A program made the translations under genes and the position numbers. 64,000 nt of DNA from Squalus acanthias (Eukaryota): positions 43,588,001 to 43,652,000 of the forward strand of contig CM059432.1 of the NCBI GenBank assembly GCA_030390025.1. Reading direction: 5' to 3'. Of this stretch, positions 60,526 to 64,000 are shown one piece after another. How positions within the stretch are numbered: the first letter of the stretch is position 1; each line of letters begins with the position of its first letter. The notes under the pieces were generated by a model. The model was not told the DNA's origin and searched no databases. It saw nothing but the letters and a program-made list of their open reading frames with translations.

Positions 60526-62046
60526 ACTGACTAACCTCCTGTCTGCGCTGCATTAGTACGTATGGCTGCTTAAACACAAACATACTCAATTGAAAACTAA
60601 CATTCTGTTCATAGAAAGAACGAGAATTCCTGTGTGTGTTTGGGGTTGGGGGGAGGGCACTGGAGTTTGGCAGCACTGCCTGAGTGGCCTTGAGATTTGG
60701 TAGCACTAGGGTGGAGTGCTTGGAGTTTAGGAGCATGGGAGAGGCTGGGGTTTGATAGCACTGAGGAGGTTGCCCTGATGATGGGAATATTAGGACTTGA
60801 CAGCAGGAGCAAAGGGGTTGTCAAAGATAAGTAAAATGCCTTTTAACATATCCTAATCATTTCCCTTACACAAGGGAGACATTGCTGCAGTCTTGGAGGG
60901 GCTCGGCAACCACCTTCACTCAATGGCGGACAGGTACGGGGATTTCCAGCTGCGTTGAGCAGGCGGGCATCAGAAATGCATCCACGTTGCCCCAGGCAAA
61001 TTAGTTGCCCTCCTGTTGACCTTGCTAACATTGCCAGGGTCAGCACTGGAAGGCGCTGATGGGTATGGTGCTGGGATTATGACACGTGGATTTTCGGTGC
61101 CAGTACATGCAATTCAGTGCCACTGATTGATGGTGAATGAGTAAGTCCAATTATATTTTTATTACTTGGTGTTCTCAAATTTTTACTGCTATTTTTGGGA
61201 TCAAATTCCATGACTATCCATTTTTCCATGAAAACTGTAAATCATTGGTCTTGATTGTTATCATATGTTCCTTAACATATATTCAGTTTTATCTCTTGCC
61301 ATTTTTAAACCCCATAATACACAGCGAGATGGTAAGAAATGCCTACCAGGCAAGAGGCAAGTATTTCCACTTACCTGATCTCCTGCTGTAATTTTTGCTC
61401 TTTCTCTGGATCTTCCACTAAAGTTACAGAGGGAGAGCAGAAGAACACCACCCCCGCCCCCCACCCCCTTAGAAATTCTAGGCTCTTATTTTAATCCTGC
61501 AACTGGGAGGCTGAAAGAAAACCATCACAGTTTGAAAAAACGTTCTGAGTAATTTGATTATTTCACATTCAGCTTTGCTTTATTTGTAGAGCTCCAAGAG
61601 TATTAACTAGATCTTCAAATATTTCCTCATTCATTTCCTTAAGGAGTCTAAGGTGCATTTTATCTGATCCAGGTATCCGATAGACATGATAATTCTTTGA
61701 GAAGTTCCTAACAAATGCTTAATTATCTTTGCATATCCTATAGTTCCTGAGCCCCTTTGACTATGAATATGGAATTTGCCTACAATAAGATGAAGAATTC
61801 ATTGTTTGACGCTTCTTGATCCTCTGTAACATTTATCCTAAAGGACCTATCTAATCTTTAATATTCTGCCTATATCTTACATAACTAAAATGTTTCTTTG
61901 GACCTTTTTATTCTCCACTTTCCACTTCAAATTCTAATTTAAGTAATCTTCAACAGACTTTTATGTTACTCTCAGCCTATTTACTTATTTTTGTTTCCAT
62001 TTCAGTTGGTCTTGCTATTTTGTTTGACCTTTTTCTCAGAGATGCA

Positions 62047-62527
62047 GGCCTTGATTTTAACCCCCATCAGGCGGGAGAGGGTCGGTTAAAATATCGGGAT
62101 CGAGCAACCCAACCACAACCCGACTGCCGTAATATTTAACAGAAGCAATTTTAGGTTTCCACTAAAAGCAGGCAGAGGCCTACTTAACATGCAAAAGTCA
62201 CAGCCTGATGATATAATCGGCTCCACAACTTATTTTTAACCTCACCACAGTGGGAGTCCCGCAGCAGACACACAGCGAGAGGAAGTGACTGGCCATAAGA
62301 GGCCCAGTTACGTTTTACAACTTTGCCTGTTTTTAAGCTCCTGGTGGCTCAGGAGGAGCAGGAGTGCTCCCCCAGGTCACACAAGGCCTCTCCAGCCCCG
62401 ATCTTTCAGGCTCCCCCCTCCCCTCCCCGCCTTCCCACCTTACTGACTGCCGAGGACCGTTCCCACGGGTTCTTCGCCCACTGCTGGGCTCACGCACCCT
62501 TCCCATCTCCCTGTTAATATCGGGGCC
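62047..62527. mobile_element. Old MITE, TIR ~GGCCCCGATTTTAAC
   Basis: GGCCTTGATTTTAAC / GTTAATATCGGGGCC. 3-bp flanks GCA/ACA. Confidence 0.65.
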
Positions 62528-63164
62528 ACACTTTATTGATACGTCCATTAAAGCAGTCCTGAAGATTCCATCATTTTGTTTTATTTTTGAGTCCTGGTAC
62601 CCTCTCAATTCCTTCCTCCCCAAAATTACTCAATAGCTTTAATGTTTAGCTGTTCAGTGGAAGTGAAATTTTAGCTATGCAAAGTTTTTGCACAGAGGCT
62701 TGTTTTGTTTTGTTCTGATATCTCTATTAGTTCCAGATTTTCTCCAATTAGTGTTTTTTTTCCCCATATACTGTACCTTATATACTTTTTTGCTACAGCA
62801 TTAAGAACATATGTAGGTCTATGTTTTTTTTTAAAAACCCTCTCTGACACTGATTGTTTTTGTAAATGGTATCATTCATATTTTCCCTGATGTCTCTAAT
62901 GCAGTGAGTTGGACTTTTCTACAACATTAAACTCATTGCAAAACCATTCATCCAAACAAGTTTATTTGCAGAATTTACCCATCGTTAGCAATTGCCAACC
63001 TATAATCCCTTCCCCAAAAAGGTGATTAGGTTTATTCAGTTTCTACGGCTGCAGGAATCATTCTTGATTAAAATCAAGTCCATCGCTTCTCAGAATTTTG
63101 CAAGTTTAAGCTTTGAAAGCATTTGCTGTGCAGTCTGGATGGGAAATTACTCAACGGTCACTAT

Positions 63165-64000
63165 GGCCGGAATTTTCCGGGGTGGTAGCGGGCACGATCG
63201 GAGGCGGGTCAGGTGGGAAAGTTGTTATTTTTGGGAGTGGGTCGGGAACCCGCCGTCATCCTGCTCCCACGTGCCTTTCCCCCAGGTGCGTCTGTCAGCG
63301 TGGACCCAACCCGACCGGCAGAGGCGGGCGACCCAATTTAAAGTATTAGTAGCTTGTTGGCAGACCCTTAAGAGTGGTTTTAACCTTACCTTTTAAATTT
63401 AACTGGATGGCCACGGGAAACATGCTGCTCGGGAACCACGTCTGTCAACCTGAGGCTGGAGTTCAGTGGCCATTGCTCCAGCTGATTCGTTGACAGCATC
63501 AAATGTATTATAAAAGCTCCCGCCTGACAGATGATCACTTTCCTCAGCAGAAGCTGTTTCTCACTGCATTCCCAGCACAGATTCTGCAGGCTGCAGTCTT
63601 TCTAGCAAAGTCTCCATCCAGTGTCACCTCATTGGAAGAACCTCTCTCACCATTGACAGATTGCTTCCGTCATCTCTACTTCACCTGCATCTATTCCATC
63701 AGCATGAATGCCGTTTATACTGTCTCACCTTGTTCCTCAGAATCTGACCATGATGAGTGCCAACACCAGCAGCACCAACAACAACACCACCAACCTTCTC
63801 CGCAACCACCTGATGCTGCACAGGACAGAGGGCATCAGCACCCAAGCACATTGCTGCCTGGGAGGCCAGGGATGGCCTCATCATGGCCAGATTTACTTCA
63901 CTTGATGCTGTACACCCATATGGCTGCCACATGATGCGCCAGGTTGGCACCATCCCAAAGCAACACCATAAAGTATCCCTGCAATGACCAAGCCATTCCT
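63165..64000 (+). mobile_element. Harbinger family B non-autonomous element, runs off window
   Basis: TIR-like GGCCGGAATTTT. Collinear with 18498-19360, including the fused transposase stub (ORF 63503..63934 region). Confidence 0.8.

Overview
Eukaryotic, repeat-saturated DNA, most likely from a cartilaginous fish (shark). This is inferred from the mix of CR1, L2 and RTE LINEs, a HER1/HE1-type 3' tail, DeuSINE-like fragments and a Penelope-type terminal repeat. I found no recognisable host gene, only three weak minus-strand exon candidates. The window is dominated by PIF/Harbinger DNA transposons. Several decayed two-gene elements carry a DDE transposase and a convergent 3-exon Myb/SANT gene, and many are internally deleted derivatives or MITEs with 3-bp TSDs. 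These nest with CR1 LINEs, one of which is near full length with an esterase ORF1. There are also two solo LTRs, a Tigger/pogo-like MITE and three Penelope-like terminal fragments. Main observations: (1) minimal hammerhead-ribozyme motifs in the Penelope fragments, two of them in tandem and in sense orientation inside a Harbinger Myb exon; (2) a transposase-less Harbinger lineage, one copy of which keeps the Myb gene, with a shared deletion junction in three diverged copies; (3) a MITE family made of two inward-facing promoters; (4) a tRNA-like Pol III cassette at the end of a solo LTR. All coordinates were read by eye, no database searches were run, and boundaries without a stated TSD are approximate.
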